A DNA stretch of 64,000 nucleotides from the human T2T-CHM13v2.0 reference genome, Homo sapiens, in assembly GCF_009914755.1 (NCBI RefSeq), contig NC_060925.1, one strand, 5' to 3'. Shown here piece after piece: positions 27,195-42,083 of this stretch. The notes under the pieces are model-generated. The model saw nothing but the letters and a program-made list of their open reading frames with translations. It was not told the origin of the DNA and searched no databases. Each line of letters opens with the position of its first letter. Within the stretch, counting starts at the first letter, position 1. A program made the translations under genes and the position numbers.

Positions 27195-28374
27195 TAAAAT
27201 CTAAGGTCTTTAACCTGACTTTCTAAAACTTGCATGATTGGCTCCTGGCAACCTCATCTTCATGTCACTCTTCACCTCAAACACCACGCAATAATGCATA
27301 TACGCACCTTTGATAAGTAGATGACTAAAGTGGGTAACAGTGACCTAATGGAAAGAGTGCTTCAGGCTTTTAGTAACTGGTCTCTGATTGCACATAATTA
27401 GAGGGTAATATTAGATGTTGTATCTCTAGTTAGAAAAGTCTCTGGCACATGATAGATGCTCAACAGGTTCCTTTTCTACTGACCACTGATTGAGAAGATG
27501 AAGATATCTTCTGATAGTGATGCCAAATGCTCCAGAGCTTGGATGACTCTAAGCATTGAAAGAAATGCTAGAGTCATATCCCTGCCCTATACTGGATAAT
27601 TGGTGAAGAAAATACCAGTGATGAGAAAAATTATCATTCTAATCTTGCCAGTTGAATATGAGGACCTAGGATCTGAGAATCATTAGTAGAGCAACAAATA
27701 TGTATTTAAATGTTTGAAATAGAAGATCTGTAAGTAAAGACAGAGAATAATGACATGACTGTTTACTCTAAAATTCTGAAGGGATGGCTTAATAAATCTG
27801 CAAGCCTGCCAAGGGTTAATTTTCCAAGAGAGTTGACTTGAGGAAAGACTAAGGGAGAGCAGGTGTTCACTGTAACTTGATGGATTTAAGTGATCCAACA
27901 GGATGAATTTCATGACAGTGAATTTATGTTACCTATTGTGATTTATAGCCAAAGGATGGATGGATGGAGGACAGATGAATAAATATATTGATGGTCATTA
28001 TTATTATAAATCTTGCAAACAGGATCACTCTACATGCATCCTGGTAGCCTTTAAGGCCTCTCCAAAGAATTTAGAGCATATACTGCATATTAATTTTCCT
28101 TTAAAACCTTTTATTTCTATGTGTGTTTATCTGATGGCTGATTTTTTCAAAAATAATTTCATATTTACATACATAATTTTTAACTTTTTAAACCATTTAT
28201 ATCCCTTTTTAGAAGTAGACTTCATAGATCCTTATTCAATAAAGTTGGCTAATAGCCTGTGGTGTATAGAAAGGGCAGTACCATGTAATCTCCTACTTTA
28301 TCTACCTCTCTGCCTCCACATGGTAGGTTAGAATTAAACAGAAGAATTCTAATAGGGGCTATGTTCCAGCTGTC

Positions 28375-28995
<621 letters not shown>

Positions 28996-31900
28996 CCACC
29001 AGCTTCCTTTTTAAATTGATCTTTGAATAATTTAACTTGAACGATTAAATGATACATGTAGTAAGAATTTATAGATTTTACCAAAGGACTGGCCCCCTAT
29101 TCCCTGAATGAAATATGAAAAGGAAAGGGCATATAGAAAAGCATTTCTGGTATTATCCAGTATATTTTCTTTTGAATTCATTTTCTTGTGGAAAATGGAG
29201 GGTTTTTTAAACCTCATTTGGTTTGATGAATTACAATTCAATTGAATTTTTCTGTTTATGCCTAAAAAGTCTATCTGAGAAGGACCATTAATTTAAATGC
29301 TTTCTACAAGTCATTGTCAGGCCAGGGAGGGACTGGAGATGGAAGGATGTGAAGAAAATAAATGACTGTAGTGTGAGAAAATGGAGGAGAGAAAAAGAAA
29401 GTAACCTTTTTACAGATCAAGGTTCTAAGGGAACAGGTCAAATTAATTTACCTAGTGTTTAAAGTATTCTCCTTCATGCAAAACTTGTGTGTCTCCCAAA
29501 TAGGCTAGGCAGGAAACTCCAAATTCTGTGATATCTCTAACCCAAGTAGAAGGAGCACTGACCTACTTTCAGATCACAATGGAAAGACCAACTGATCAAT
29601 TGAAGTTTGTAACAGACCTGCACAAAGAGAAGGCTTCATCAATGCTGTATTTTCCTGCTGCATGAAAGAGTTATACTTCTTGTTGTGAGTGTTTTAATCC
29701 CCACTTATATTTTATGATAGATGTTAGTCAATGACATCTCTTGAGACTGAGTTTGGTTTTGTTATTATTGCTCTAACAAAGAAAAGCTTGAGGTTTTGAA
29801 ATTTTGATTATTTTCAAATTTTGATGATTTTCAAATTTTGATGTCATATTTTATTTCTAAAGGAATAGAGTTATGAGGCTCCTGTAAGTGTCATTTAGTA
29901 TCTTTTATGTGATCTGTTAAAAGAGCTGATTTCTGGTTGTTTTATAACTATCAAAATTCCAAGAAAAGCAAGAAAAATCTGCATAAAGTGATGTACAATA
30001 TATTTTAGGTGTCGTACTGGGTTTTTATACTTATTTAAACCTTACAAAAACCTTTTATGATAGATAGCTGAGAAAACTGAGACTCAGAGAAGTCAATAAA
30101 CTTGTCCTAGGAAGTAGTCCTAGGAACTTGTCTTAGGAAGAAGTTTCCAATCTCAAAGCTCATACTTTACAACTGTGTCTGCTCCCCATGGATCTTTGTA
30201 CAGTTCTTATAGCTTAACAGAAGTTGACCACCTGCTTAAAATTCTTCCCAATTATATTCAACTGCATCATTACATTAATATTGGCACAGCAAACACCAAG
30301 TCCTTTTGTAGCAAACCTATTTCATGACCATCTTCTTTAACATTTTCTTCTATGTCACCAAAAGAATAAATATTTCTCTTTTAAAGTCATTTTTAGCCCC
30401 TTGAAGTTCATAATTACCCTCTAGAAATCTCAATTTTAGTGTCTCAGCATGAATTTTTTTGTATCAAATCTGAATTTCAAGTTGTCATTTATATCAGACC
30501 CTTTTGCAATCTATTGCTAATGGAGTGTGACCTTAAGATTTCTCCCAAAAGGTTCAGTGCTCAGCTCAGAATGATGAGGTATTATCTTGTAAAGAGGTTT
30601 TGTGCATACTTAGTACAGAGATCACCTGGATTTCCTTTAACTCAAGTAGAAATGTAGGTGAAGCATTCAGACCAAAACCACATGCCGACCGACTTTGAAC
30701 AGTTCATTTTGGTTAGAATTGCAAATATGTAGAACGGCTTGTAAACATTTACTGAATGACTGCCTTGCACCAGGTACTGCTAGACACTGAACTCTACATT
30801 TTCTACTTCCTGGCACTTGCCTTTATGAAGCATCTCTTATACCCTAGGCAGTAGTCTATCCACGGGAAATCATAAATATCATTAAAAAAATCACTGGACC
30901 AACTGGCCTCCATCTTAACTGGTCTTATGTCTTTCTGTAAGAACTTCTGATGACAAAGAATCTGAATTGGATTACAGTGACTATATTTAAAGCCTAGAGG
31001 AAAAGCTGATACACAAAGCACCTTAATCTTTTCTGACAGAAATACAGTGAGCATCATAATGAAAAGATATAGCCAGTCTAGAGTTGCTGTCAATATGCGG
31101 CATTGTGCCCAGGGCAATTAAATTTGCCTGTTTTTTATTACTGAGACCAAATATTTGGCCTGGGTTCCTGCAGAAAATAAGTAATTCCATTACATGTGAT
31201 TCACCTTTGAGTAACCCTCCAAGTTAATGAAGACTGAAGCTGAAAATTTATATTTATTACAGAAATAATCCATTTAGCAAATATTTATGGGGTCCCTTTA
31301 TGTTCACTGGGCAGTATATAAAGATTTAAACATGCAAAATACAGCCTTTGTGTATAAGAAATGTGCAGCCTAACTTGCCTAAAAATATCTCTCCATTTTT
31401 TCAAAAAAATCGCATTCTTGTTTTTTGTTTTTAATAAGAGGATAAAATAAATTATGATGACTAACAAAAGATATTCTGAAGTCACGAGGAGCCTGGACTC
31501 TGGAGTCAGGCAGAGGGTGTTTTAAAATGTGATCTGCTATTTATCACCTGTGCGACCTGGCATCAGGTGCTTCTCATGCGCCATGATATAGAATCAATAT
31601 AATAGCTCCCATCTTATTAAATTGTGTTGAACTAAGATAAGAAAATTCCTGATAAATTTCCTGAAACATCACAGCTACTCAGTACATTATGTCTATTAAT
31701 TTTTTTATGATACATGTTTTGAGCTAAATTGAGTTTTTAGTGTATCATTGTGCACATTTCCCACCTAAAATGTAATGTGGCCTTAGCAAATCCCTCACTC
31801 TGAGTCCCTGCTCTCTGGCCGAAGGCCTGTGTACTCAGATTGGTCCATCTGGTATAGTTTGGAGCTCCTTCTCCTCCTTCCCTAATGCATCTATATACAC

Positions 31901-32089
31901 AAATAAATATCAAAAAACTGGCCACCAATGGAATGTAGATTGCAAACATCAGCAAAAGTCATTAGTTTAAAAAAAATGATTATATAAACACTAAGCAGCT
32001 TTTTAAGAAATTGTTTAACAAACATTGATGACATGTCTTCTGTGCACTAGGTACTGCAATAATCATCATGACCATTCTGAAAGAAGTTG

Positions 32090-32300
32090 CTTGACTCTGG
32101 AGCCAAACAGACCTAGCTCAACATCTTGGTCTTGTTACTCATTTGTTTAGTGACTTTGAAAGAGAAACTTACTCACTTTGAGTCTGTTTCTTAATCCAAA
32201 GACAGGGAGTTAGTAATACCTTCTGAGGTTGTTGAAAGAATTGGTCTGCATTAAAGTGCTTGACACAGTGCCTGGCACATGCAAGGTTCTCAGTAAACAA
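32090..32300 (+). mobile_element. MIR
   Basis: gactctggagccaaacagacct...cacagtgcctggcacat. Confidence 0.65.
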
Positions 32301-33088
32301 GAGCTGCCTTTCCCTCACCCCTAGTGATTACAGAGAGAGAATTAAGATTGTCCCTCCAAATCGCATATCTTGTGAGAACACGAATCTTATATGGAAAGTA
32401 GCACGGTACCTCTTAGACTCTCTATCAATGTTGCTGCAAATGATAGCTGGAAGGCAGTCAAATTGGGTTTTAAACCCAGATCTTTGGATTCTGAGTATGG
32501 TCACATATTTTGTTCCCTTCCACCCTGTCACCCTACTTCAGTTTTTGGAAGCACGCATTTGCATGCTTCTGGGGGAGATACGTGAGGAACAGATTGCATT
32601 CCACTATTAACTGGGTTCTACATATTGATCCTAAAGAGCGGTCATTGCCAACTTACCTCCCCTTCTTAAAGCTCCTCTTCTTCTCCAGAGCTCTAGGTCA
32701 CTCCTAGAGCTGGCTTTGTTCCTAGTCCTTGTCTTGTCCAAGCTCTGTTTAAAAGCACAGTGAGGGATGAGAGGCAGGAGGAGCAAATGCACCTCAGGAA
32801 CATGATCTCCAAAAGTGGTGCCTTTTCAACAATTTTAAAGGCAGTACATTTATATAGAGGTTCTAACACCACAATAAAGAGCTATTAGAGAAAGCAATGT
32901 GTAGCAAGACTATGAGGTGAGTAAGGAAGGTGGGTAAAAAAGAAGTGCTTTCAAAGACGGAACGCCCTCTCCCGCAGGCTCCGCCTGCCCCAGTGTTAGA
33001 ACCTGGCTTTGTCTTTGGCTCTTCTCTGGTTTGTACCTGCCCCACCTCTCTTCCCACCCCAGTCCCTTTAAGTTAGCTTGGGTGATAA

Positions 33089-33162
33089 GCTAAGATGCTG
33101 ATAGGAAGGTGATCATTCTACATGTCTGCTAAGATGCTGATAGGAAGGTGACCATTCTACAT
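33089..33162. repeat. 39-bp tandem duplication
   Basis: gctaagatgctgataggaaggtga(t/c)cattctacat twice. Confidence 0.93.
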
Positions 33163-33927
33163 TTGGCCTCTCCATGTTGTTCTGTTACCAGCTAGCAATG
33201 GAATGGCAGGAATACAGGACAAGGAGAGAAAGGAGGGGTTATTGGCAGGACTCTCCACTTACACTTCTAGGAGACAGCATCATGGGTTAAGGCCAGCAGC
33301 GTCTTGTGTCTGGTCCTCAGTTTCTGCCTACAGAATGCAAACACCTCAGTGTCTTCTGTTTGGGACTCAGCTCCAGGAGTGTGACCTCCACTTGGCGATC
33401 TACAGAAACAGTCTTCATTTGTATGGAGAAAAATATTTCAGGTGTGTTTTAAAAATAAAATAAAATAGAAATAAAACTAAACAAGCAAAAACTCTGTAGG
33501 TTCTTTGGAGTATGAGACTTTGATGTTTTACCTAAAATTAGTATAGAGTCCAAGTTTCCTTTCTAAAGGTTTCCTCTAAACAATTCTCCTTTCAGTGTAA
33601 CATTTAAAAGTGGCTCAAATTCAAAATTTGATGTTTACTTAATGGATCCCTACAATTCCTATCAGCTGTACTCAGGAGAAAAGAAAATGGATAAAGATAG
33701 TTTATTTTTTCTGCTGTACTGTTTCTTCTTCACCTGCAGGTCTGTATACTCTTAAAGCCAGGAAATTCTAAGGTACTTTGTGGGAGTTTTTTTAGTTAGT
33801 TTAGGGAAGCTTCAGAGAAAAACACCAGTAAACACACTAATTTTTGTTTCAAGTTAAAAAGGTTATTTTTAAAAAGTTTTTTAAAAAAATGTCTTTCAAA
33901 CTATTCTTGACCTGCAATCTATCATAA

Positions 33928-34301
33928 TGTACTAGCCGTTCTGACACTGTTATAAAGATACTACCCAAGACTGGGTAATTTATAAAGAAAGGGGGTTTAA
34001 TTGACTCACAGTTCCACATGGCTGGGGAGGCCTCAGGAAACTCACAATCATGGTAGAAGGTGAAGGGGAAGCAAGGCACGTCTTACATGGCAGCAGAGAA
34101 GAGAGACAGAGAGACAGAGAGAGAGAGTGGGAGGAGGAGATGTGCCACACTTAAAGCATAAACTCTCGTGAGAACTCTCTCACCAGCATGGGGGAAATTG
34201 CTCCCATGATCCAATCACCTCCCATCAGGTCCCTCCCTTGACATGTGGGGATTACAATTCCAGATGTGATTTGAGTGGGGACATAAAGCCAAACCATGTC
34301 A
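33928..34301 (-). mobile_element. MaLR solo LTR (THE1D-like)
   Basis: gactgggtaatttataaagaaa, ggctggggaggcctcaggaaact, gccaaaccatgtca; TSD cataa. Confidence 0.88.
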
Positions 34302-34989
34302 CATAAGAAATGTATTTTATATCACCATCCAATTTGGCCAAGAGTTTCATGAAACAGTATTTATCCTTTCTATAGGCAATGCACGTTTTTCTGTTTCATT
34401 TTAAAATTGAGGTTTTGCCCTAACAAACCGCCTTCACAGGCTTCCAATGGGGCCTTATTTGCAGTTTGAAAAGGGGATTGAGAAATACTGCCTCTCTTTT
34501 AACACAATTGAGCCAATTATTTTAAAGAATGTTCTTTTCATGCAACATGGGGAGGTGAAAATAAACAAGATGCCCGCATGGATGGAGCTGCTGACTTCAT
34601 GGAGCTCACCATCTAGTGGGATTAATATAACATTGTGATTTTAGGAGAACAGATCAAAGGAGCAAGCATCATGACAAAAATGCATTTGCTTATGAAAAGC
34701 TTTTTGCAAACTTCTGATACATGAGTGAGAAAAGCTGGATGTCTGCTGTAAATTCTCATGGAAATATTACTTTCTTGATTCTGAAGGTCACTATGAACAG
34801 GAATTTGTGACCGTATTGATGTCTTTACTAAATATCTGACAACTTTGGCAAAACAAGACAAAAACCAAAAGCAGTAACATGTGCCACAAACTTTTAAGCC
34901 AATCTGCCTTGTTTCTTTCCTTTCTTCCCCACTTGTTCCCATCCTTGTCCTCCCTTGTCACAGAATAATCTGGCTTGAACTATTCCATT

Positions 34990-35425
34990 TCTTTTTTATC
35001 ATGGTAAAATACACACAAAATAAAATTTTCCATTTTGGCCATTTTAGAGTGTAAAACTCAGTGGCATTTAGTACATTCTCAATGTCATGCAACATAACCA
35101 CCATCAAGTTCCAGAACTTTATATCACCCCAAAAGGAAATCTGTATTCGTTAAGCAGCCATTCCCCTTTCCCACTCCACTCGGCCTCTGTCAACCTCCAA
35201 TCTGCTTTCTGTATTAATGAATTTGCCTACTCTGGAAATTTCATATAAATGAAATCACGTAATACGTGGCTCTTTGCGTTTGGCTCCCTTCATTTAGCAT
35301 AGTATTTTCAAGGTTCATTCACGTTGCAGCCTGTATAAGTACTTTTTTCCTTTTTATGGCTGAATAGTATTCCATTGCATGGCTAGGCCACATTTTGCTT
35401 ATCCATTTATCTGTTGATGGAGAGC
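34990..35425 (-). mobile_element. L1MB-type 3' end
   Basis: cagtggcatttagtacattc, tttttatggctgaatagtattccattg. Confidence 0.8.
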
Positions 35426-36808
35426 CATTTCATTGTAAAAGGAATTTTACTCACAAAATAATTAGAAACTAAATGATTGGGCATATCTTTGCAGCTTTTA
35501 TTACATATGTATTAAAAGTAGAGTCTGAAGGTTTTTGAAGAAATCTGATGTCTCTGTAGGAGCCTGAGTATGAGAAGTACTCTGTATTCAGAAGCTCATG
35601 AGATTGTGCTGGGCCTCACCTATAAATTCAGGATTTATCTGCATACATATGATGAATGAAACCACGTGAGTGGATGAAATCACCCTCAGAAAAGGATATA
35701 GAATTGCCTAGGACAAAGCCCTGAAGAACCCCAACATGCTGGGGAGTACTGGAGTAAGAGTAGCCTCCAGTTTCCTTGCTGGGGATGAAGATAATAAAAC
35801 CTAACTTTGGCAAACTCTCAGGCTCACTACTTTAGGGAAAAATACCACCTACTTTTTCACAAAGTTTGTAAGAGATTTAAAGGAGGCAACATACGCATCC
35901 AGGGCCTGGGCAATAGGTAGGACCTCAGCACTGGTAGCTGGTAGTATTCCAATGACAAAATTTCTTTCTACTCTGTATTTTTGACACTATCACTATCATC
36001 GATTTCCACATCTGTTACTTTATTTATCTTATCTGGTAAGACATTGATGATATTTGTCTGGTAACATTATAACCGGGCTGCCTAGTTTGAAATAAGTTTT
36101 CAACCTTTTAAAAATCCATCTATATTTAATTTTGTGTGTGTGTGTGTGGTTGTTTCCCACAACACCAAAAGAAGCTAAAGGAATCTGAATTTGGTGGAGA
36201 AGTTAGAGGCACAGGCCAGACACACAGTGTGGCAGTTTTGGATCCACATAAGAAAGTGTTCTCAATTCCATAGCTTGGGAGAGAACCATTCTAACCCCAG
36301 ATTATCAAGACAGTAAAATTATTTCCCTTTAGATGTTTTTGTTTTGATGTTGGCAAGGGAAGAGTCATCACATTTCTTAAGGGACGCTTAGTTTTTGCCC
36401 TCCCATTTTTGGTAAAAAATAGTTGACAAAAAAATTTGTGCTCCACCCTAGATGCAATTATATTGTAATCATAACTACCTGAAGTCAAAAATCATTGGAT
36501 ATACTGTTTTTAAAACTTATCGGATTATTGAACATAGTCTCTTAAATTTGTTATTCCTATAAGATCCTTGACTATTGCTGCTCTTTGTTGAAGAGTTTCA
36601 ATATTTTTTGATGAATTCTCAAAAGACATGAACACACTTCCCTTCACTCAATTTTAACACAGTTGGTGTGATTGTTTTCTCCTTGGATCTTCTGAAAGAT
36701 TCATTAAGATATGAATAACTTACTTTCATAACTTCATTTGCTTTAGTCTTTCAGTTTTCTTCATATTTTTTGTAAACTTCTTAAACCTTTCCACTTTTGA
36801 AGAAGTAA

Positions 36809-37115
<307 letters not shown>

Positions 37116-39412
37116 CAAACTTTTTTTCTTATTCAACAATTTGATTAGGGCATTTTTTTTCTAGAATTTCACATATTGTGGTGTATGCCTATTGACATTC
37201 TATGTATAAGTGTATTTCATGTGTTAAAAACATCATTTCCAGTGAAAGTAAAGCTACAGATATAGGCATGGCATTTTGTGAAGGTGTGCAGATTCTTTCG
37301 TCTCTTATCGTTGGCTGATTTGTTATAGGCTGAGAGGTTGAAACATAAAGGTAATGTAACTTGTATTAAGCTATGCAATTAGAACTGATGCTGGGAATGG
37401 ACTCTCTGCCTCCTGGATCCTGATTCAGTGCATTTTTTTCACCTGAAAGTGGACAACACATGATGTTCATGACCTAGTTCATGTTGGCTATTGTCCAAAC
37501 TTGGTGGTCAAAACCAGCACAGGGTCTGTGGAAAACTACTATTTCCTGTTCTGTTACCAATTTAATACAAAGAGTACTGGAATGTGTGTGTATTTTCTGA
37601 TATATTTGGTAAGGCATGCTATTTTTTATCTCATAGGTCAAGTTACAGGAAGTAAAGCACTTGAAACCCTGAGATGATAATAGCATTGGTTTTACAGTCC
37701 TGTAAAAACCAGTGGTGATTTGCTGAATATGGCATTCATTGTGAGCTCGAAGCTAAAACAGAAGCAAAGAGAAGCCAATTAGGAGACTTGAAAACCAAGG
37801 AAAATAATAGGGATAGACTGATGATTATGTAACTATGATACTTTGTCCTTATAAGGGAATAAGACAATTAGAGGTGAGAAAGAAGTTTTTAATAAACAAA
37901 ATGAAAAATAAAAGGGGAGAAGGTGTTTCTTAATATTATGGGTGGGTAGTTTTAAATGTCAATACGTTTTCCTATAAACTCATCATGTGGAGAGTAACGG
38001 AAAATAGTTTTATATGGGAGGACTTTTTTAAAAATTGACATTTTAAAGACCTAAGTGTCTTAAATGGATGACTATTAAAATACAAAATTAGACAGAACAG
38101 AGACATTTTGAAGATTGTATTTGAGTAGTATCCTAAGAGGCAGATAATGAATGACTCAGATAGTCTGAGTGGTTTGGGCTGACTCACATGTTTTGGAAAA
38201 ATGTATCATCAACTCACTGAATCTGTCATTGTTTTTCCCTTTGTTCCACCTGGTAGTACCAAACAAATTTGAAATATCAGTGACTTTCTCAGCTCCAATT
38301 TCTCAAGAAGACTTTCCAAACCACCAATAATAAGTCTAAGGTTTGAATATATAAACATTTAGTATATTTGAATAATACTCACTAACAGAAGCACAAGGCA
38401 TGTCTGTAACTATGGAACATGTGAGGGATGGGAAACACAAACAGCCTTGACAAGAGAAGTACAGAAGAACCAAGACTGGGCTTGGCTTGTCAGGATGGAA
38501 GAAAAGGGCTTTCTTAGCCAGTGCTGCTTGAATGGTGCTTCCTGGAAGATATTTGAAATCACAAATATTATCTGGACTTATAAATGAGGGAGCCTTGGCC
38601 TTTGTTCAAGAAAGGATCACAGCCTACTAGGGAAACTGACACAGGGACTAATAGGTGATACCATTTGATATATCATAATACATATAAGAGCAACATTTTG
38701 TGGGGAGCATAGAGTAGTCAGTGTCTTACGCCTCTAGGATTAAGAAGCCCTGCAGAAGGAGAGACATTTGGTCTGGGCCTTAAAGGATGAATTGAAATTC
38801 TAAACGTCCACAAAATAGAAAAAGCATTTCAACTGTAAGTAAGGACCGAACAAGAAAGAAAGAGACACAGGAGTGCAAATTTTGGGGTGTGTTCAGAGAA
38901 TGGTTAATAATTCAATGCAGCCACAGACTGGAGGAAGCAGTAAAAGATAAGATGGGAATACGAGACACAAAGATGTGTCAGATCTGTGCAGTTCTCTTGG
39001 CATGGGCCACATGATCCATGTCTTGGCATTATCCCAGTCTAAAGAATATGTCTAACCTGAAAATGGCTATTCTTCTAAATCTGTGATTTGGCTTCCTGGC
39101 AGAACCCCAATATGGGTGATGAACAACAGTAGTCTAAGAAAATCTTGCAATCTTTTCTATACCCATGTATCCATATATCCTTATGTTGCTTATAGTGCTA
39201 AGAACTTATGGTATGAAGTCCTTGATAAGTAACTATTGAAAAAATGTAATAATGAATCATATGGACATGCAGACACACATACCTTTACATACAACTTCAG
39301 AAACTTCATTGCTTTCTAAACATTTAAGTCTAACTGGTGTGTTACAACCTTCAAAATATGTTCACTTGAATGTTGCTGAGAGAGTTTTTGACCCTTTGCT
39401 GTTTTCCCACAG

Positions 39413-39476
39413 GATTGAAAAAACGTACAAGGAAGGCCTTTGGAATACGGAAGAAAGAAAAGGACACTGATTCTAC
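39413..39476 (+). CDS. SGIP1: SGIP1 coding exon 2 (64 nt): (G)[20 protein letters not shown](T), basic membrane-binding N-terminus
   Basis: Acceptor tttgctgttttcccacag|GA, donor AC|gtatgt; phase 1 start completes MMEG from upstream exon 1. Confidence 0.96.
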
Positions 39477-41323
39477 GTATGTACTTTAGGAGTTTGCCTC
39501 CTCGAAGAAGCTATTTGCATAAGAGATGCTCTTATCACAGTCAATATAAGATGGCCACAGTTTTCTCGGATATTGTGTACTATTTGCTTTCCTCATTTCT
39601 GAGTAAATTGTAATTATTCAATATAAACAGTTCTTAGATTTATGCTAAAAAGGTAAAAATTTTTCATCATGTGTTCAGTTTTTATCACATTTTTCTTTCT
39701 TTCTTTTTTTTTTTTTTTTTTTTTGATCATTACACTTCCCAGCAGTCTCAGGAGGCAGAAAATGTGACTGTTACTTTTATGAAGGATAAAAATAATTCAT
39801 TTCCACATATAGGGTTGACCTTACAATCTGAACTAAAGAAACAACAAAACACCTGTTTGGATAGATTAGACCTAGCCAGAAACAGAAATGTAGACTAGAT
39901 AACATCTCCAAGCTCTTACTTGAGATGCCAAGATTTTGTACAAGCCAAATTGTAAATCAACCAACAGAATTCAGGAATTATTGGATATTTAGCAGTGAAT
40001 AAGAAACAAATGCCAGAAACAACTGTGGGGATGCTTTTACATATTTAAGTGTCATATCCAAGAGAATTAATTGCCCACAGACACTGATAGACTCTGAAAA
40101 TGTGCAATGACATAACAGTTTCATTCCACGAACTTCCTTCCACTTATTTGACCATCTTGAATTCTCCTGCAGAAGTATTTGGCTCTGACACAAAACCTCA
40201 GTTGCCTTTTGCAGCCAAGCAGGTAACTTATATATGTGAAGTCCACTGGCCGGGAACTTGAGACTCCAGCCCAAGACCAGTGTAGGGAGAGCACAACTAT
40301 TCAGCTGCAGGTGGTTGTGACCAGGTAGAAATGCAGAACTGATGTAGTTTGCTGTACGTCAGAATCAAGCCCATTATACCCCTCATTTGGCTAGAATCTC
40401 TGAAAGAAAGTTAGAAAATGGGAAAAGCAACAGTTGTATGGGCACAGGTGAAAATGAAGAAAGCCACATTTATTCTCACCTTTAGCTTTTCATTCTGTAT
40501 ATTTTTATCATGCGTAAATTTTGTCACAAGATCCTGAGTATTTCCCTGGGCCCTTGTCCTTTAAGAATTTATGATTCATGAGATAAAATATCTACTACAT
40601 AAATTATTGTTTGTACAACTAATGAGGTAACATATTTGAAATGACTAATATGGTACCTAATACTTAGTAAATGCTCAGCAAATGGCAGTTGCTGGTACTC
40701 TTATTATTACTGACACAAATTAGTATGTGTAAGTTCCTTACAAGCAACTAAGATGGGATTTCATGGGAATTTGAGGGTGAAAAATCTCATATTTGGATTG
40801 ATGATCAGTGATGCTTCGGGGTGGGGGAGGAGACTTGAGTTTGGCCTTCAAGAAGATGAGGATGTGTATTTCATGCAAAGGGAACAACAAAAGCAAAAGC
40901 GGAAAGGTAGTAAAGTCCACTAGGCATTTACTGACAAGACAAATGGGGCAGTTTGTCTACTTGGGGTTACAGGTAAATGTGATAATGGAAGGCAAGGCTG
41001 GAAAGGAGACCAGGACCAGATAGGAAGGGCCTTAAGTACCAGGCTGAAGTGTGTGGGCTACTTCCATAGGCAGTGGGCCACCTTGAAACCATGAAAGTTT
41101 TTAAGCCAAAGAGTGCAAAGGATTGGGCGAACAAAGTTATTTTTTGTCTAGATGCCAAATGTTAAGTTCTTATATTTTCTTTTTGCATTTTCTTTTGTAA
41201 CTATTTATTTCAAGAATATTACATTTACTGTTGTCCTGCAAATTTTTCTAAATAATTAAGTTAGCAATATTTTTCTGAGGATTATATAATTTACATTGTT
41301 TCTTAAGAAGTTTGCCATTTTCT

Positions 41324-41814
41324 TTCTTATACTTTAAGTTCTAGGGTACAATGTGCACAACGTGCAGGTTTGTTACATATGTATACATGTGCCATGTTGG
41401 TGTGCTGCATCCATTAACTCGTCATTAACATTAGGTATATCTCCTAATGCTATCCCTCCCCCCCTCCCCCACCCCACAACAGGCCCCGGTGTGTGATGTT
41501 CCCCTTCCTGTGTTCAAGTGTTCTCATTGTTCAATTCCCACCTATGAGTGAGAACATGTGGTGTTTGATTTTTTGTCCTCGCGATAGTTTGCTGAGAATG
41601 ATGGTTTCCAGCTTCATCCACGTCCCTACAAAGGACATGAACTCATTATTTTTTATGGCTGCATAGTATTCCATGGTGTATATGTGCCACATTTTCTTAA
41701 TCCAGTCTATCATTGTTAGACATTTGGGTTGATTCCAAGTCTTTGCTATTGTGAATAGTGCCACAATAAACATACGTGTGCATGTGTCTTTATAGCAGCA
41801 TGATTTATATTCCC
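41324..41814 (-). mobile_element. 5'-truncated L1PA (PA4-6-like): ORF2 C-terminus plus 3'UTR
   Basis: ORF 41531..41821 gives the L1 ORF2 tail (KTWNQPKC...WIKKMWHIYTMEYYAAIK...MFSLIGGN); TSD ttgccattttct. Confidence 0.95.
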
Positions 41815-42005
41815 TTGCCATTTTCTAATCATTAACCACCCAGAATATGTGATGATGCCTTCACTAGATCAGAAGACCTGGGCTGTAGTCCCAGCATTGC
41901 CAAAACTCCATGGCTTTGGGAATTACCCTTTACTTTGCTGGGCCTCAGTTTCCACACCTGTAAACAACAACAACAAAGAAATTTACACTAGATGGAATCG
42001 AATTT

Positions 42006-42083
42006 CCCTAAAGGGCCAGACACTATACGAGTCATATAAGGGAAGGCATTATAGGACTCATATAGTGCCAGGTGTTTTGTGGG
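42006..42083 (+). ncRNA. MIR3117: Intronic microRNA precursor hairpin MIR3117 (5p arm ~42018-42037, 3p arm ~42051-42071)
   Basis: Stem CACTATACGAGTC-ATATAA pairs with TTATA-GGACTCATATAGTG; 3p arm ATAGGACTCATATAGTGCCAG recognised as miR-3117-3p; same strand as the host gene. Confidence 0.9.

Noticed and set aside
41531-41821. ORF with clear protein homology
   Set aside because: C-terminal remnant of L1 ORF2 in a truncated L1PA; not an independent gene
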